A stretch of DNA of 64,000 nucleotides from the human T2T-CHM13v2.0 reference genome, Homo sapiens (GCF_009914755.1 NC_060938.1), one strand, 5' to 3'. Positions 25,199 through 39,513 are shown, numbered from the stretch's first letter. The notes: generated by a model from the letters alone, not told the origin. A program made the numbers and translations.

Positions 25199-28100
25199 GT
25201 GAGTTTCTTGCTTTCTTGAGACCCAGGATTTTATTAGGGTCAGCTCATGTCTCTCCTCTCTGATCAACAAGAGTGTCAACATTTAATTTGGGGAGGAGGC
25301 ACCCTGCCAAGGTGAATTCTCTTCACATCAGCCCCAGGGGTCTGGGGGCCGGAGAGCTGCCTGGAGTGGAGACCCTTGCTATACCCAGCAAGCATGTGTG
25401 GGGGTCCACCCTGGCTGATGGCATGCTGTGGGCCGGCGACGGTAGGTGGGGAGTGTCCACCTCCACTCTAGACCCCCGAGAGCGGCTCGGGCCAGGCACT
25501 CAGGAGCCCTCAGTACGGCTTTGCTGAACACATTGCAAAAGGGATCCAGGGGGCACTTGCCCTGCCCACACCCGGCCCAGGGACCCCTTCGGAGAGGAGG
25601 AAATGGGAATGCTTGCCTGCTCCTCAGCTAGGAAGACATTTCTTTCCACCAGCCATGGTAGCGTCACCCCCTGTGAGAACCGTGGTTTCTCACACATGAG
25701 GCTTTGATAATGTCCTTTAATCAAATAGTGGTTTTTGAGCAAGTTCTTCTCTTTCCTCCTTTCCTCACCCCTGAAATTGCAATGAGACGGGAATGTTTTT
25801 GTTTGTTTAAATAAAACAGCAATGGTAGAGAAGAAGAAAGCGGGATTGGAGCCACACAATTCACTCGAGGACCCATCATTTGTTTATTTGTGTTTTACTA
25901 ATTCAAGATGCAGCCGGGAGCTGTCCAGGGCTCGGGCCTGGGGTTGTTCTGGGGCGCCTAAGGCTGGGCTTTGCACTAAGGACCAGAGGGTCTACTTGGG
26001 TGCCGTGGAGCACCCATGCAGCAAGGTGGCTTGCACAGCAGCCAGGCGAGGTGTCGTCGAGGGCGGGGGCTCAGGGTGGCATGCTGGACGGCCATGCCAG
26101 GCTGAAGTTTGGGCTGGCAGGAAGAGAGGAGGCTCAGCTGAGGCCACTTTCCTTTCTGGGGGTCCCAGGGACTGAGTCTGTGGCTCACTCAGGGCGATGG
26201 GGTGTTTTTAGAGCCACTGCCCTGGGAGGCAGTGTCAGGATCCTGGCACCCCTCATATATGACGCCCCTGGGGTGGCCATTGTGGTGAATGAGTGCAGTT
26301 AGACTTCCCAGAGAAGCTGGGTGGGCGCTGAGAAAGGTCTGAACCGTGGGGTGAGGCTGGCTCCATTCCCCCAGACATTTATGGAGGCTTGAGGGGGCCC
26401 TAGCACTGTCCTTGGCCCAGATGCCAATACTCCCCTCTGGACGCCCACGAATGGGGTCTCTGAGAAGGAAGTGGATGAACACAGCTGCACGCTGGGTGGG
26501 GCCCAGCCTCTAGTCCTCAGCCATGTGCACGCATCAGCCCTTGTGCAGGCCTCCGCCCTCCGCCACCCCCCACCCCCGGAGTGTCTCTGGTTTCCGACGC
26601 AGCCTCGTAATGCTCTTTAATCAAACAGAGGATTTGGAGACAGCTCTCCTGCAGCCCTGCACTTCTCCCCTGAAATTGAAATGGGATGGGGATATTATTT
26701 TTAAACAAAATCTGGCAGCGTAGGCAGAGGGGGCAGAGGCGCTCTAACCTGGGGCTGTTGCCTTTGTCTGCTTGTTTCTGCTCTCTGGAGAGCCCCAGAG
26801 CCTGGAGAGACGGGGAGGGGAGTGTGTGCCCAGGGCTAAACCCAGGGAGGGGGCCCAGGAAGGCTCTGCCCCGTGACATTTACTCCAAGGCTAGCATTTG
26901 CTGAGCCACCTGCAAACACAGTGATGTGGAGAAGAGGCCCGGGAGGGGAGGTTTGCACAGGGGCAGGCTGCTGGGGTCCTGGGGGGATCCTGTCCCAAGC
27001 TTACTAGAATGCATTCGAGTAACTGGTCTGAGCCAGATGCCCTCAGCTCTTGGACTGGTTTCTCACGGACATCTCAGGACTTTCCCAAGGTGGACTAAGC
27101 CCAGGGACAAAGTCAAAGTGAAGGCCAGGGGCACACAGGAGAGGCCCAGATAGGACCAAGCTTTGGCAGCCCCTGGCTCTCAGGGGTTGAAATGGAACCC
27201 TCTTTGCACTGAGTTGTATTTCAGGTACTCATGAGTGTTTCGGTCTCAGGCAAACACGTATTTGGGGTTTTGTGTGTCATTAGGTATAAAATAGGTAAAA
27301 TATGCCACGTTCTCAATGAAAGAAGTTGAAACGTGACTTACTACGTCAGCCTTGCTGGTGATCTTCTCGGGAACTGCCGAAAGGCCACTAGTAAGTGCTG
27401 AAAGACATGATCATTTTCAGGAAAATTCTATTTTGATGGATTGGCCAATGCCTGAGCCATAGCGGGTGGAGATGAGACCCTGACTGACTAGGCAGTGAGC
27501 CACAGAGGACCCTGTCACATCAGCGGAGGGCGGTGAGGGGTCTCTGGCCATTTGTCATCGTGCTGATTCCTAGGGGGCTGCCTCTAGTGGGACTCTTCTG
27601 GGTGGGTGCAAGTGTCAGGGTAAAGACGGCGGTCTGGTCTGGAAACTGGCTCTCCTCTCGCACCTGCCCGCCCTGGGTGGTTGGGAAAGGAAACCAAGAG
27701 GGTAGCTCAGGCCTGAGCTCGTGGAAAGGAAGAACATGACCCCTCATTCGCTCACTCGCCCCCACATTCTCTCACCTGCGAGTTGCTCATTGCTGCTTTC
27801 AGGGCCCCTGACCTCATGCCTCCTGAGTTGTGATTCAAACCCCAAATGAATTTCCAAGTACATTTCTCCAAATAATGTCAAAACCTGGCAAGACTTAAGG
27901 GCAACAGGATGCATGTGTTTCTTATTCATTCATTTACATAAAATAACTTAAGTGTGTTTTTTATGAGCAATCTGACTTCCAAAAAGAATGAAAAGGAAAA
28001 TCTACCCATCTTTAATGAACTTGCTAATGAATTTTTCCTTGCAAAGAGGAAGGGAGCTTCCTACAGAAGGGGGTGTGGAGGGAGACAGATTCAGGTCCCA

Positions 28101-31099
28101 AAGGGTTAAAGGGCAGTGGACAATGCGGAAGCCAGCATTGTGAGCTGCAGTGGAAAAGCCCTGGGTCGCTGGGAGTGGCTTCTTTTTAGGAGACTGGAAT
28201 TAATGAGTTGTGAAGTGTCCCAAGGACTGGTTCCCCCTCCCTGCTGTTTCTCTGAGCCCTGTCCCCTCTTCCAAAGGAGGAATAAGGAGGTCTAGCTTCG
28301 TCTCCCATCCCCGATTTGAGCAGATGGAAGAGTCTAGAAAAGAGGTGTACCTTTTGAAACGAGGCCTCAGATGTGGGGTTCCTGGTCTGGAAAGGGGAAG
28401 GATGAATCTGGGGTAGGAGAGGGTCTCGTATGGAGCCCCATTCAGACAGGGCAGTCCCACACCTGGGCTGCCCACAGGTTCTTGGGGGAGTCTAAGGAAA
28501 GGGGAGCCACAGAACAGGCTTGCCTCCTTGGCATGGATTGGGTCAGTGTTTCAGAGCCAGGAAAGGTGGGAGTGTGGGGGGCCCTCGGGGCTGATGAGGG
28601 CGTGCAGACCCTCCCCTCCCACCTCCTGTCCCAGGAGCCCTGCAGACACTGCAGCAGGAGGGCACTCTGCCAGAAGAGGGGTTCCAGCTCCAGCCGGATC
28701 CAGCAGACATGGAGAGACCCCTTATCTTTGCCAAGACGAGCTCTGCGGTGCCTGAGAGGCCCGTAGGTCTGGAATTCTAGGGCCTTCTGGGTTTGAGTCA
28801 GGTCCTGAGGCCAGGGCCTGGGCCCTGATCCTCACCATGGAAAACTGGTCACTTTACTCAGGATAAACTGTGATGAGGACTTGGGACATATCTCTGTCTG
28901 TCCTCTCAGCTCGCGTCACCCCTGAGCCCTTGGCGATCGTGGGCGGCCCGTGTACAGAGCAGGTGCTGGGTCACTGGGGCCGCCGTGGGCCTCCCAACAT
29001 GAGGGACTGTGTGTGAGAGAGGAGTTCATTAAGGGAGAGGATGGTGGTGAAGGGTGTAGCCATGACTTTCTTAACTGCTCTCCAATTTCTTTGAGCTTAA
29101 AAATAAATCCAGATGGAGAGTTCTTAAGTCCCCTATCCTGGGAGAAAGGAAGGCTGCCCACCACCTTCGGCTTGCCTCGACTCTGAGCAGTGAATAGGGT
29201 CTTTGGCAGGGGCTTAAGGAGGAGACTCTTAGCCTGGGAGCTCCCAGGGCTGTTTCAGATGGAAACAAAGGCTCAGGCCGAGAGGAATGTGGGGGAGCCC
29301 CCCGTGGGGAACAGCCACCTGGGGATAATTGGGAGGGCTGAGCGCAGATGAGTTTTCCCAGGTTCTGTGAATGCGCCCTTTCAATGGAAGGTGCCTTTTT
29401 TTCCAGATGAAAAGAAGAAAACGTCAATTACCTTCCCCTGAAACGGAGTGTGTGTGTGTTCCCTCCCAGGGGTTGTGTGGGGCCCCTTGCCCTTGTGTGT
29501 GTGTCGGGAGCTCCAAGGCTGCACAATGACGCACTTAACCAGCCACTGGGTTCGCGCGACCCTGGGATGCTCACGCTCTTAGATTCTAGGGCTTGATTTT
29601 GAAAGTTTCTTAGCAAAGGGGAATCAGAGTGATTGAGCCTGTAAACAAAAATTTGATCAACCTGGGCCTGATGCCTGAAATATAGCCAAAGAGACAGAAT
29701 GGGGCTGCGGGGAGAGAGGTCCAGGATGGAAAGTTGGGGAAGGAGGACAGTCGGGGGCCAAAGGCTGACCGCATGTCTGCGCCGGCCTCCGCGCTCACAG
29801 CTGGGCTGCTCCTTCTGCCACCCCAGCCCTTTCTCTGGGCCTTCCTGGCAGTGGACATAGAGTGATTCCCTACTCAGGAAGTTGGCGGTAGGGGGCTCAG
29901 AAATCCACAGGGCTGTTGTTTCACAGTTAGCCAGGAGAGGAGGGGGTCATGGTGGCCCGCAGGGATGGTGGGCAGCTGCGAGAGAGGGGACGCTTCAGGT
30001 TAGAGCGAAGCTGTTTGCACCACCACTGCCCCAGACTGCCGTAAGGGTAGGGCCACTCCAGAGGCACCAGGGACAAAGTCCCTGCCGTGACAGGAGGGGG
30101 GCACAGGTCTCAGTCTTGGCTGGTCACTGACTTTGCTGCTGCTGGCTTCTGAGCCTCAGAGAGGTCAGCAGTCTTCCAGAGACCTGGTTAGAGCCTGTGC
30201 TCAGCCCTGACTATGGGTGTGACCTTGGCCCCTGTCTCCAGCCCCTTAGGCCTCAGTTTTCCCGTCTACGAAATGGGCGAGTGCAGGCCCATGGTCGTCC
30301 GAGTGGCTCGGGGTTTCTTCAGGCCTCCCTGGAGGTCATCTGTCGTTTGTTTGCTGGGTCTTTGGAGTTGTTGGGACTTTGGGGGTCACTGGTCCGCTGC
30401 CCCCTCTGCTTTAGAGGTGGGGAAACCAGCGATCCCAGAGGCCCGGAGCCTTGCCCGAGGTTGCACGGTGAGCCGGCAGCAGGCCCTGGAGGTGAAGCCC
30501 CTGCCAGTTGCCAGCTCCTGTGTGACCTGTGTGGTCGGGGGGGGTCACAGTCACCGGTCATTAGTGTGGGTCAGAGCTCTTGCCCAAAGAAGGTTCCAAG
30601 GGGCTGCCCCATGAGCTGGGATGCAGGGATCGTGTTTTATGGGGCATTATTCCAAACAGGCAGGCTGCTGGTCTGGTCTGGAACACCTTTTTGGTCTGTA
30701 GAGTGACTCTTGTTTAATGAGACTGGACTTGTGGCTTCAGAACCAGGAGATGTTCGTTCCCCCAACCCCCGTGGCTCACCTTGTGCCTTTTGGGTCCTGA
30801 GACCCTCGCCAGCGCCTCTGTTGGCACGGTGGCCCAGTCGGCTGAGAACTTCCTGAAAAAGCCAACAGGATGACAACTTCTGGAAAAGTGATCATCACCC
30901 GCCTGCACTGGCTGCCCATCTTAGACTCAGCTTTGCCAACATCCCCAGCTATCTCTGTGTGCTGCAGTGTGTAGTAATGAACAGCTCACAAAACCTCCGG
31001 CTGGGCCTGCACCTGGTTATTACCGTGGTGGGCTGCAGCTTTTGTTTTGTGACCTTGGTTGCTACAATACCTGCGAGCTGAAATGAGGAATCGAAAAAT

Positions 31100-32040
31100 T
31101 GCCAGCTTCAATTAGACGGGCAGACTGCTTTCCCAAGGCTGCCTCCGCCACTCCATCCATTAACGGTAAACAGGCACCAAATAGGCCCTAATTCTCTCTA
31201 ATTGCCCACTCCTGAAGCAAAGAGGTGAAATTCCGGGAAGAGGCGTATGTAAACATCCTCTGTAACCTGACCAAGTAAAATTAGAGGGCTGATGGGGGCC
31301 TGCGAGAGAGAGGGGACATGATTTCAAAAGATGTCCCAATTACCTCTCCTATTTTCATAAATGGGTCTGTAATGTCCAGGGCCCCGGCCTCACAAAGGTA
31401 CAGGAAATTAGCTCTGCAAAGAGCTTGCATTTGTCAGGGGAAGTTGTAAGGGGGTGGTGTTTACTCAACAGGTAGGAAGTACGAGATCTGAGGCAAGACT
31501 GATTATTTGTGTAACGACGGGCTCTATTTCTTGAGATCAACATTTTAATAAAAGTCATCCTTTTAGGTCCTTTTGTGTTTGAAACAGCCATAAGTTGTTT
31601 ATACCAAAGACATGCCAGATCAGTTAGGTGCTGTTTGCCTCCAGAAAAGAGGAACTTTTAAAATCCTAAGATGCAGAGCTAGAGTTTTCTAATCCCATTA
31701 AGCTGTGGAAGATGTTTTTGGAGTGTTCACCAATGCTTTCTGCGTGGGTCATGAGCTCACTGCACGCACTTATGAGGTCTTCCATCAAATGCTTGTGACA
31801 ATTACTCCTCTGGACTCTATAAGGAGGCCTCGTGTTTTTCTTTGGTTCCAGACAGTGACTCATCTCTGCAGCTTTTCTGACATTTGTTAAGATTCTAGCC
31901 CAGCACTGCGTTATTAACACATCACAGCAAGCCCAGAGCTGGCACACGCAGCTTTTAAACCAAGGCACGAATTTGCTGGGGCTTCTCTGTAGCAGAGCAG
32001 CCTGCGGTCTGCACACAAGAGTTAATTAAGGACGGTCAGG
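31100..32040. promoter_or_regulatory. Candidate intronic enhancer (forkhead, homeobox and STAT motif cluster)
   Basis: GTAAACA at 31166 and 31249, TGTTTAC at 31458, TTCCGGGAA at 31231, several TAAT cores. About 16 kb downstream of the TSS, where I recall an islet enhancer being reported. Confidence 0.55.
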
Positions 32041-32731
32041 GACTCTGAGGTTTCATGGGGTCCCTGGAGCAGAAGCAGGAAAAAACCCAGATGCTCCTTC
32101 CTGCTTCTGATTTCTCCGCTCCTATTAAAAACACAAAAAAGAACAAAACAAAAACAGCCAAACAAAGCACCCGCCTCTGATTCCTGCGGGAAATGGCAGT
32201 GCCTTTGGTCGCGCTGTGTGTTCTTGGCCTGAGTCTCGTTGCCACCTTAGGACGTGGCGATGGTGAGAGGCCACCCCAGCCACGCACAGTCTCGGAGGGA
32301 GGGTGGGAAACGGTCTCGAGTGGTGGTCAGTAGATAATGGGTGGTCTGGCAGCCTTTAGGTAACCGAAGTCGGCCCCTCAGTCACCCATGCACTGATCAT
32401 TGCTTCACTAACACTTATTTTAAGACTTGTTGTTTCTTGGTTATCAAATTAACCAGTTATGGCAGAACAGGGTTTATGAAGGGCAAGGCCAGGGAAGGAG
32501 ATTTTAGGAAGATTTGGAGGCAAGAAGTGTCCCCAGTGCCCTGGCCGGGTCTTGGACATCCTGGCTGGAGACATGACTAGGAATAGAGAGGCAGAGGCAG
32601 CAGGGGTGGCCCAGATGGCAGGGGTGGGTTGGAGAGATCCCTGAGAGGCCTGAGGACAGGCGGCAGTCTTGGGAGCCCCTGAAGACCTGCAGTGGGGCAG
32701 GCAGCTGGAGTCAGGTGTCTCCCGGGACCTG

Positions 32732-33027
32732 TTTTTTTTTTTTTTTTTTTTTTTTGAGACAGAGTCTTGTTCTGTTGTCCAGGCTGGAGGGTAGTGGCGC
32801 AATCTTGGCTCACTGTAATCTCTGCCTCCCACGTTCAAGCGATTCTCCTGTCTCAGCCTCCCGAGTAGCTGAGACCATAGGCACATACCACCACGCTGAG
32901 CTAGTTTTTAGTAGAGACGGGGTTTCATCATGTTGGTCAGGCTGGTCTCGAACTCCTGACCTCAGGCGATCCACCTGCCTCAGCCTCCCAAAGCGCTGGG
33001 ATGACAGGCATGAGCCACCCCCCTGGG
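32732..33027 (-). mobile_element. Alu (AluS-like)
   Basis: Poly-T plus antisense Alu body. Confidence 0.93.
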
Positions 33028-33354
33028 GCTGGTACCTGTGGTCTGTGGCTTCTGCCTGCCCTGGTGCCCCCACATCTCTCTCATGGCCTTTCTGTTTCCT
33101 GGGTGGCTTTGTGGGGGTGTCCCATGGTCTCCCCCTGGCTTCCTGTCTCCACCTGTGCCTAATCCAGGAAACGGTCCCCAGAGATGGTGTTTTCAAACAG
33201 ACCTTGGCCCTGTCCTCCTGGCCCAGCCCCTGGCTGCCCTATCACCTAGCTTGCTGCGTTGGTGGGACCTCAGCTGTCACAGGCTACCTTTCTATGACGC
33301 CTCCTCACCTTAAGTAGACTCTGAACAGATTTTAAAAGCCATTCATTCAACACA

Positions 33355-33620
33355 TTTTTTAAATGAATAAACTTTTTTTCTGTGTAGTTTTCAGTTTACA
33401 GAAACATTGGTGGGAAAGTACAGAGAATTCCCAGATCCCGTCCCCACCATCTCCCCTGTCATTCACACGTTGCCTCCGTGTGGTGTGGTCTGTTTGTTCC
33501 GATCGATGGAACGACTCTGATACATGATTAACTAGAGGCCTTGGTTCACATCATTAGGGCTCACTCTTTGTGGCGCACATCCTGTGGGTCTTGACAAATG
33601 TGTCATGATACGTGTCTGAC
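33355..33620 (-). mobile_element. Old L1 (L1MC-like) 3' fragment
   Basis: tttacagaaacattggtgggaaagtacagagaattccca...ggttcacatcattagggctcactcttt...ggtcttgacaaatgt resembles an L1MC 3' UTR; family assignment tentative. Confidence 0.55.
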
Positions 33621-34355
33621 ATTGCTGAAGTCACCTTTTCTTAAAGCTTAACATTTTGGGAGTATTCTGAACTATGTTTGGCCCAGCCTGCTGCCCGATT
33701 TTTATAAAAAAGAAAAAACAAAACAAAACAAAAAAACAAGTTAAAACGTAAGGCAGATCTTGACACTGAAGACTCGATGTGCCTGGCCATGGTGCTTCCC
33801 GGGGCCTACTGCACTGTGAACAAAATTGCCACAGTGGAGTTGTCTGTCCAGGCACACAACGTGTGTGCCATGGTTTTGGGAAACGCTGCCCATTAATAGC
33901 CCTGCAGCCCTCTGTGGGCTGCCCTCCCGGCCACACCCCGCTTCCCTGGTCTCCTCCAGGGCCAGCCATCCTGCTCGCCGACCTGGGCACCTTGCTTCTG
34001 CCAGAGCACAGGTTCATGCCCTGTCTTCAGGGCCTGGGCCACCCCCGTTTCTCATCTATGCAGGGTCCTAAGCCTTTGGGTCCCACAGAGCACGACTTCG
34101 CTCCGTGAACAGCACCAACCCAAGTCTGTTCCATGTCTCCACACCTGCCCCTTCCGCTCCATAGGCAGCTGGTGGGTGAGTGGAGTCAGGAGAGAAATGC
34201 GTGGCTTCTCCAATTCCACACTTGCTGGAGGTTGGGGAGTCTCTGCTCCAGGCCACCCCTGCCCGCCCCCCAGAGCTGTTGTCCTCATCTGCCCTCCTCC
34301 TCCTCGCCGGCCTGAGTGAGGTTCTACTCTGTGACCTAGTGCCTTCTTGTTACAG

Positions 34356-34431
34356 CGGAAGCCATCACCTGGATGCCTACGTGGGAAGGGACCTCGAATG
34401 TGGGACCCCAGCCCCTCTCCAGCTCGAAATC
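34356..34431 (+). ncRNA. MEG3: MEG3 penultimate core exon
   Basis: ttacag|CGGAAGCC...CGAAATC|gtaagt. Confidence 0.92.
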
Positions 34432-37400
34432 GTAAGTGGCTGGAGTGTAAAGAACACACATGTGGCCTTGCTGCTGAGGGTGGGGCCAGCTGCCCGGAGC
34501 ACACCGCCAGGCGGACCTCGTGGAGGGGCTGGCGGGCACTGGCCGGGGGTCTGTGTACCGGGAGGTGGGTGCCCATCGAGTCAAGCCAAGTGCAGACCTG
34601 GGGGCTCCTGTTTTCTAAGACAGGAGCCCCCTGCCTCCTTGTGTTGTCTCTGTGGCAAAAGAATTCTATAGGCGGGCTTCAAATGTCGGACCCCAAAAGA
34701 ATTTCTTCTTTTTCACTCTTCTAAATGAATGGCTCTTTCATTATTGAGTCTCCCTTTGGCTCTTGTGCCGCAGGGCAGACTAGGATGGAAGTGCCCTGTG
34801 AGCTGGGGGGCCCTTCAAAGGGCCAAGGAGAAAACGCAGGCCGAGGGACCAGCCTTCCAAATGGGCTTCAAGCTCCAATGACCTCCGCTCGCCCCCTCGA
34901 AATGTCTGGAAAACATAATGGGCAGATTTTCTGTCTTCAAAGTTTCCGGCTAAACCTCTTCAAGTTCTTTATTGTTTGGGACTGAGACACTCAGCCATGT
35001 TAATGGGTAGTTTCTTTTGTATTTGCCTTGAAAGGCCAAAATATTTTTATATTGCCACAGACAAAGCCACCTATTTAAAAATGAACTCCATGTCCGTCGT
35101 TTCCCACCAGGAGACTATGTACCATGTGTGTGTCTCTATGTATTCTGGGGTCTTGAAACAGGTTTCTCATGGGGATGGTCATTCACCACGGTCCAGAGGG
35201 GCAGAACAGGCGGCGCTTGCCTTGCCCAGGGGGCCTGGGGAACGTGGGCCCTCATCTCAGATCTGCCCCCAGTATGTTTAGGACGCGAGCCCCAGAAGGA
35301 TCTGGGAGTAAACTTAACATTCACTGTGTCTCTGCTCTGCATCCGCCATTTGTGTGTGTTTCTGGACTGTGGGCTGTGTGTACCTTGGTTGGTGACTCAG
35401 TGAGAAGAAGCAGGAATGCCAAAGATACTATGAATGTTCTGAGTTTTGTTGCTGTTGTTGTTGAGAGGTTGTTTCACTGGTATCTATTGCATTGTATAAT
35501 AAATGACCAGATGAATGAATGAGTGAAGCAAGAGAGAATGAATAAACAAGTAAATAGGTAAAGAAGTAAGCAAGCCAGGATGAGAGTGTGTGTACACAAG
35601 ACCATGGTTCATCCGCTTTGATGGCTAGGCAATCAATATATAAATAGAAAAAACCCAGTGAATCACTAAGTAATAGGGCAACACACAAAGCGATATCAGG
35701 TGATTATGGACTAAGGGGTATGTGTAACTCAAATATATGCCTCTGACATTTGACAATGAAAAAGAACCTAAATGAAAGAAAGAATGGATGTATGAGTAGT
35801 GAAGTGCAGAATGAGACATAGATTTTGAGGCCCGTCAAAATGAAAAGATGCAAGTTAGGGAACAAGTGATCAAAAGGGAGAAGGGAAAGGTTTTTTTTAA
35901 AAAACCAAAACAACAAAGAAAGGTTAAAAAAAAAAACAGACTAGAGGATGAGTAATGAGTAACTCTGTAAGGAGGACCATGTCAGACTATTGTAAGCTAA
36001 GCATTAGGACTGATACAAATAATATATGCTCCTGGCATAGAAAAATAAACCACAGAGAACGAGTTCAAAGAATAGCAAAGAAAGAAAGAGGACCCAGTGG
36101 GCGAAAGATGAGAGTGTACTTTTACCAAAAGTTATCTAAGCCTGAGCACTTGAAGTCTGCACATAAATAAATAAATGACAAAAGAAAGAAAAAAAGGCCA
36201 AAAAGTCTACATTGCGTGTGTGGATGGATGAATGAGCAGTGGGAGTGCAGCGCCAGGTGACAAGATGTTGTGAGGGGTTTTGAGTCATCCAGTCCTGGGC
36301 ACTGAGGTCTGTTAGATGAAAGGATATGAGAAAGGTAATATTGGTAAATAAAGAAATAGGAAACAATGTAACAAATGTTAAGTACAGAAATACATTAATG
36401 GGTGGTAAATAAAGATGTAAAAGAAGGCAATGCGATCGATGGTGGCAAAAGATCATCACAGATTAAGGGCTATGGCTGGTCCACTTCTAGAAAACCACAG
36501 GCTGTCCATTAAATAATGAACATCTAAGTGAACAAGTCAGTGAGTATCTAAATAGACAAGGATGAGGTGAATGAGAAGACATGGCCCCATGGGTCCTCCT
36601 GATGAGGGTGTTGGGGTCCCCCCTGGGCACCCCAGCTGCATGAAAATGAAGGACAGGAGGTATGGAAAGCTATGACAGAAGAGAGAAAGGAACGGTAAAA
36701 AGAAATAACAACCAAATGGATAAATGGGTAGATCCACGAGAAGAGTTAGGCTAGGACTTGTCATAAGGGCACCTGACTCCACTAATAGAGGAATAAATGC
36801 CTAATAAAAAGAGAGCAAGCAGGAAGGAAGGATGCTATGAATGCAGGAAGGAAGTAATGAGTGAGACGTGGAACCGCACGGCCAAGGATGGACGTTTGCG
36901 GGTGGCTTTTTGATGCGTACAGCCAAGCCACTCCATGGCAATGAGCTCCGAAGACAAAGTGCAAGAGAGAATGAGTGAGAGAGTGAGAGAGAGAGAAACA
37001 ATAAAAAATGGGAAGAAATGTAAAAAGGAAGAAAGGAAGAGAGGTAATATATTAAGGAATAAATACATGCATGCAGATTTAAGACAGAGCCATGCTAGAA
37101 CAGGAATGAAAGGCTGTGTGAACCAAGCAGACCGCTTAATTGGCACCAGTGCTGCTGGTATGGTCAATCACCTACTCAACTAAGGAACGGCTCAAAGCAT
37201 ACACATGGGAGGGAGGAGTGGGGCCACAGAGAGAGGGCCCATTAGTTGCAGATTACGATGTATCCAGTTAGGTGCACCTGCCTTCGAGAAGTGTAAAAAT
37301 AAGTATTTACATAGAAAGAAAGACTGAATGGATGCACGGTGAATGCATGAATGATTGAACGACAGAAAAGATTTGCATTGACCGATGAGGAGGGCATTGT

Positions 37401-38206
37401 AGACAGGGATGAGGGTCATTGATCCTGGGTGCAGATCTCCAAAAGAATGACAGAAAGAAAGAGGGAGTGGTGGAAAGAAACAATAGGATGGGAAAAAATG
37501 AAAATAGGAAAAAAGGAAGTGAAAGAGATAATAAATAATTAGATCAAATAAGTTGATGAAAGGGGACTGGTTTAGCACAAGCCATCCACATTAATTCAAA
37601 CCTGTGGCTCTGAAGTTTGTTTTTTAAATGACCACAAGTGTAAGACTGAATGAAAGAATAAATGCGTGCATTCCATAGGATGCAAGAAAAGGAGTGAGGA
37701 ATGGGAAAATTGGAAGAACGAGAGGGGGAGAGATGTAAGAAAAGAAAGGAAAAGTGAAGTAGGCATATGAAAGAAAAGGCACTTCTTGGACAAGCACTGA
37801 AATATAATGAGACAGTTTTACCCATTAAATATAATAAACAGTAAACGTTGAGGTTCATCAATAAAAGCACAGATACCTGAATAGAGGAGTGACCTGAATA
37901 GAATTCGTTCAGCCGAACGAATGAGAATGGATGATTTTCACTATCCTGTGCACTCAAGGCCCAAAAGAGAAAGCAAGAGAGGAGAGAATATGGAAACGTA
38001 TGACAGGATGTATATAAGCAATACAAACATATTGAATGAATACATAAAGACATAAATATGTGGGAGAGTGGACCACGCAAGGACAAAAAGAGGAGAGAAG
38101 GCAGCAAGAATTATGACTAATTCAAAACTGGGTTCCTGAGATAGTTAAATAAATCCTGCACCAAATCCCCAGGGGGAGAAATTAACAAACAAAAGACAGC
38201 CCCACA

Positions 38207-38276
38207 CGGACCAGTGTGCAGAAGGCTCCGGGAACCGCAGATTATGGTTAATCCAATTCTGTGCACCTGAGGTCCA
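38207..38276 (+). pseudogene. Best-preserved SNORD112-like copy
   Basis: Terminal stem GGACC (38208-12) / GGTCC (38271-75), D' CAGA, C' ATGGTTA, box D CTGA (38267-70); box C decayed to GTGTGCA; 70 nt. Confidence 0.8.
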
Positions 38277-39202
38277 TAAATAAAAGAATAAGTATTGAAA
38301 TGAAAGAATGACAGAAAGAATGAATGGACACATGAACGACTGAATTAGAAATGGAAATGCCTGGCACAGCCAGGAAGGAGCTGCCCATGGGATTGTCATT
38401 CATCTCACTCTGGGCACCTGAGGTCCATAAGCGTGAAAAGAGGCAGGAAGAGAAGTGTCAGGGAGTCAAAGATAGAGCTAAGGAAAGGCAAAAATGAAAC
38501 TAAATGAAAGCGAAAGGGAAAATAAAGAAAAACCAATAAAAAAGAGAACGAATACGTGGGTGTATCTGTAAGAGTAGGATCTGTTAGGATTAGTCATAAG
38601 ACTGTCAGTAATCCTGAAGATGGATGAGATAATCCAGGCCCAGGTTCCCAGGGGGAGGGAAAATGGAGAAAATATAAAAAGATGTGAAAAAGGAAAAAGG
38701 AAAGGTAATAAACAAACAACCAAAGTGATAAATGGATAGTTAAGGGAGGTTGTCTGAACAGGGATTATAATTAGTTTACATACATACTCCTTAAACAGAT
38801 AAATACATTACACCTTTCAAAGAATAAATGAAAAATAGAGAGACATACCTGGCTCCAAAACAAGGCTGTATCTTCTGCCACTGTAATAAAATAGATGCAA
38901 TTGAGGTTCATAAATAAAAGAATAAATACTTAAACGTGAAAGGTGACTAAATGCGGGGAAGAAAGATTGCAAATAAATACATGGGCCAAAGATGTTTGGT
39001 TTGCCCATGGAGTTTTAATTAAAAAAATTAATAAGGAAAACAAATACCCAAAATAAGGAAGACTGACAAATGAGTGAGTAGATGAGAGAGTGAATGGTGC
39101 TTGACGTAGGAGCAGTAGTGCTTTAGGGACCAGCATGAAGGTGGTGACCGGGAGCCCTGATTCATGGGATTCTGTCCACCTGACTTTATAAGAACCAAGA
39201 AT

Positions 39203-39513
<311 letters not shown>

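Noticed and set aside
24410-25282. 290-aa antisense ORF and neighbouring ORFs such as 23136-23561
   Set aside because: GC-rich intronic DNA, no recognisable domain, overlapping ORFs in several frames.
35700-35990. Further weak snoRNA-like remnants near 35707, 35785 and 35938
   Set aside because: Only one end resembles the consensus; too weak to count by eye.
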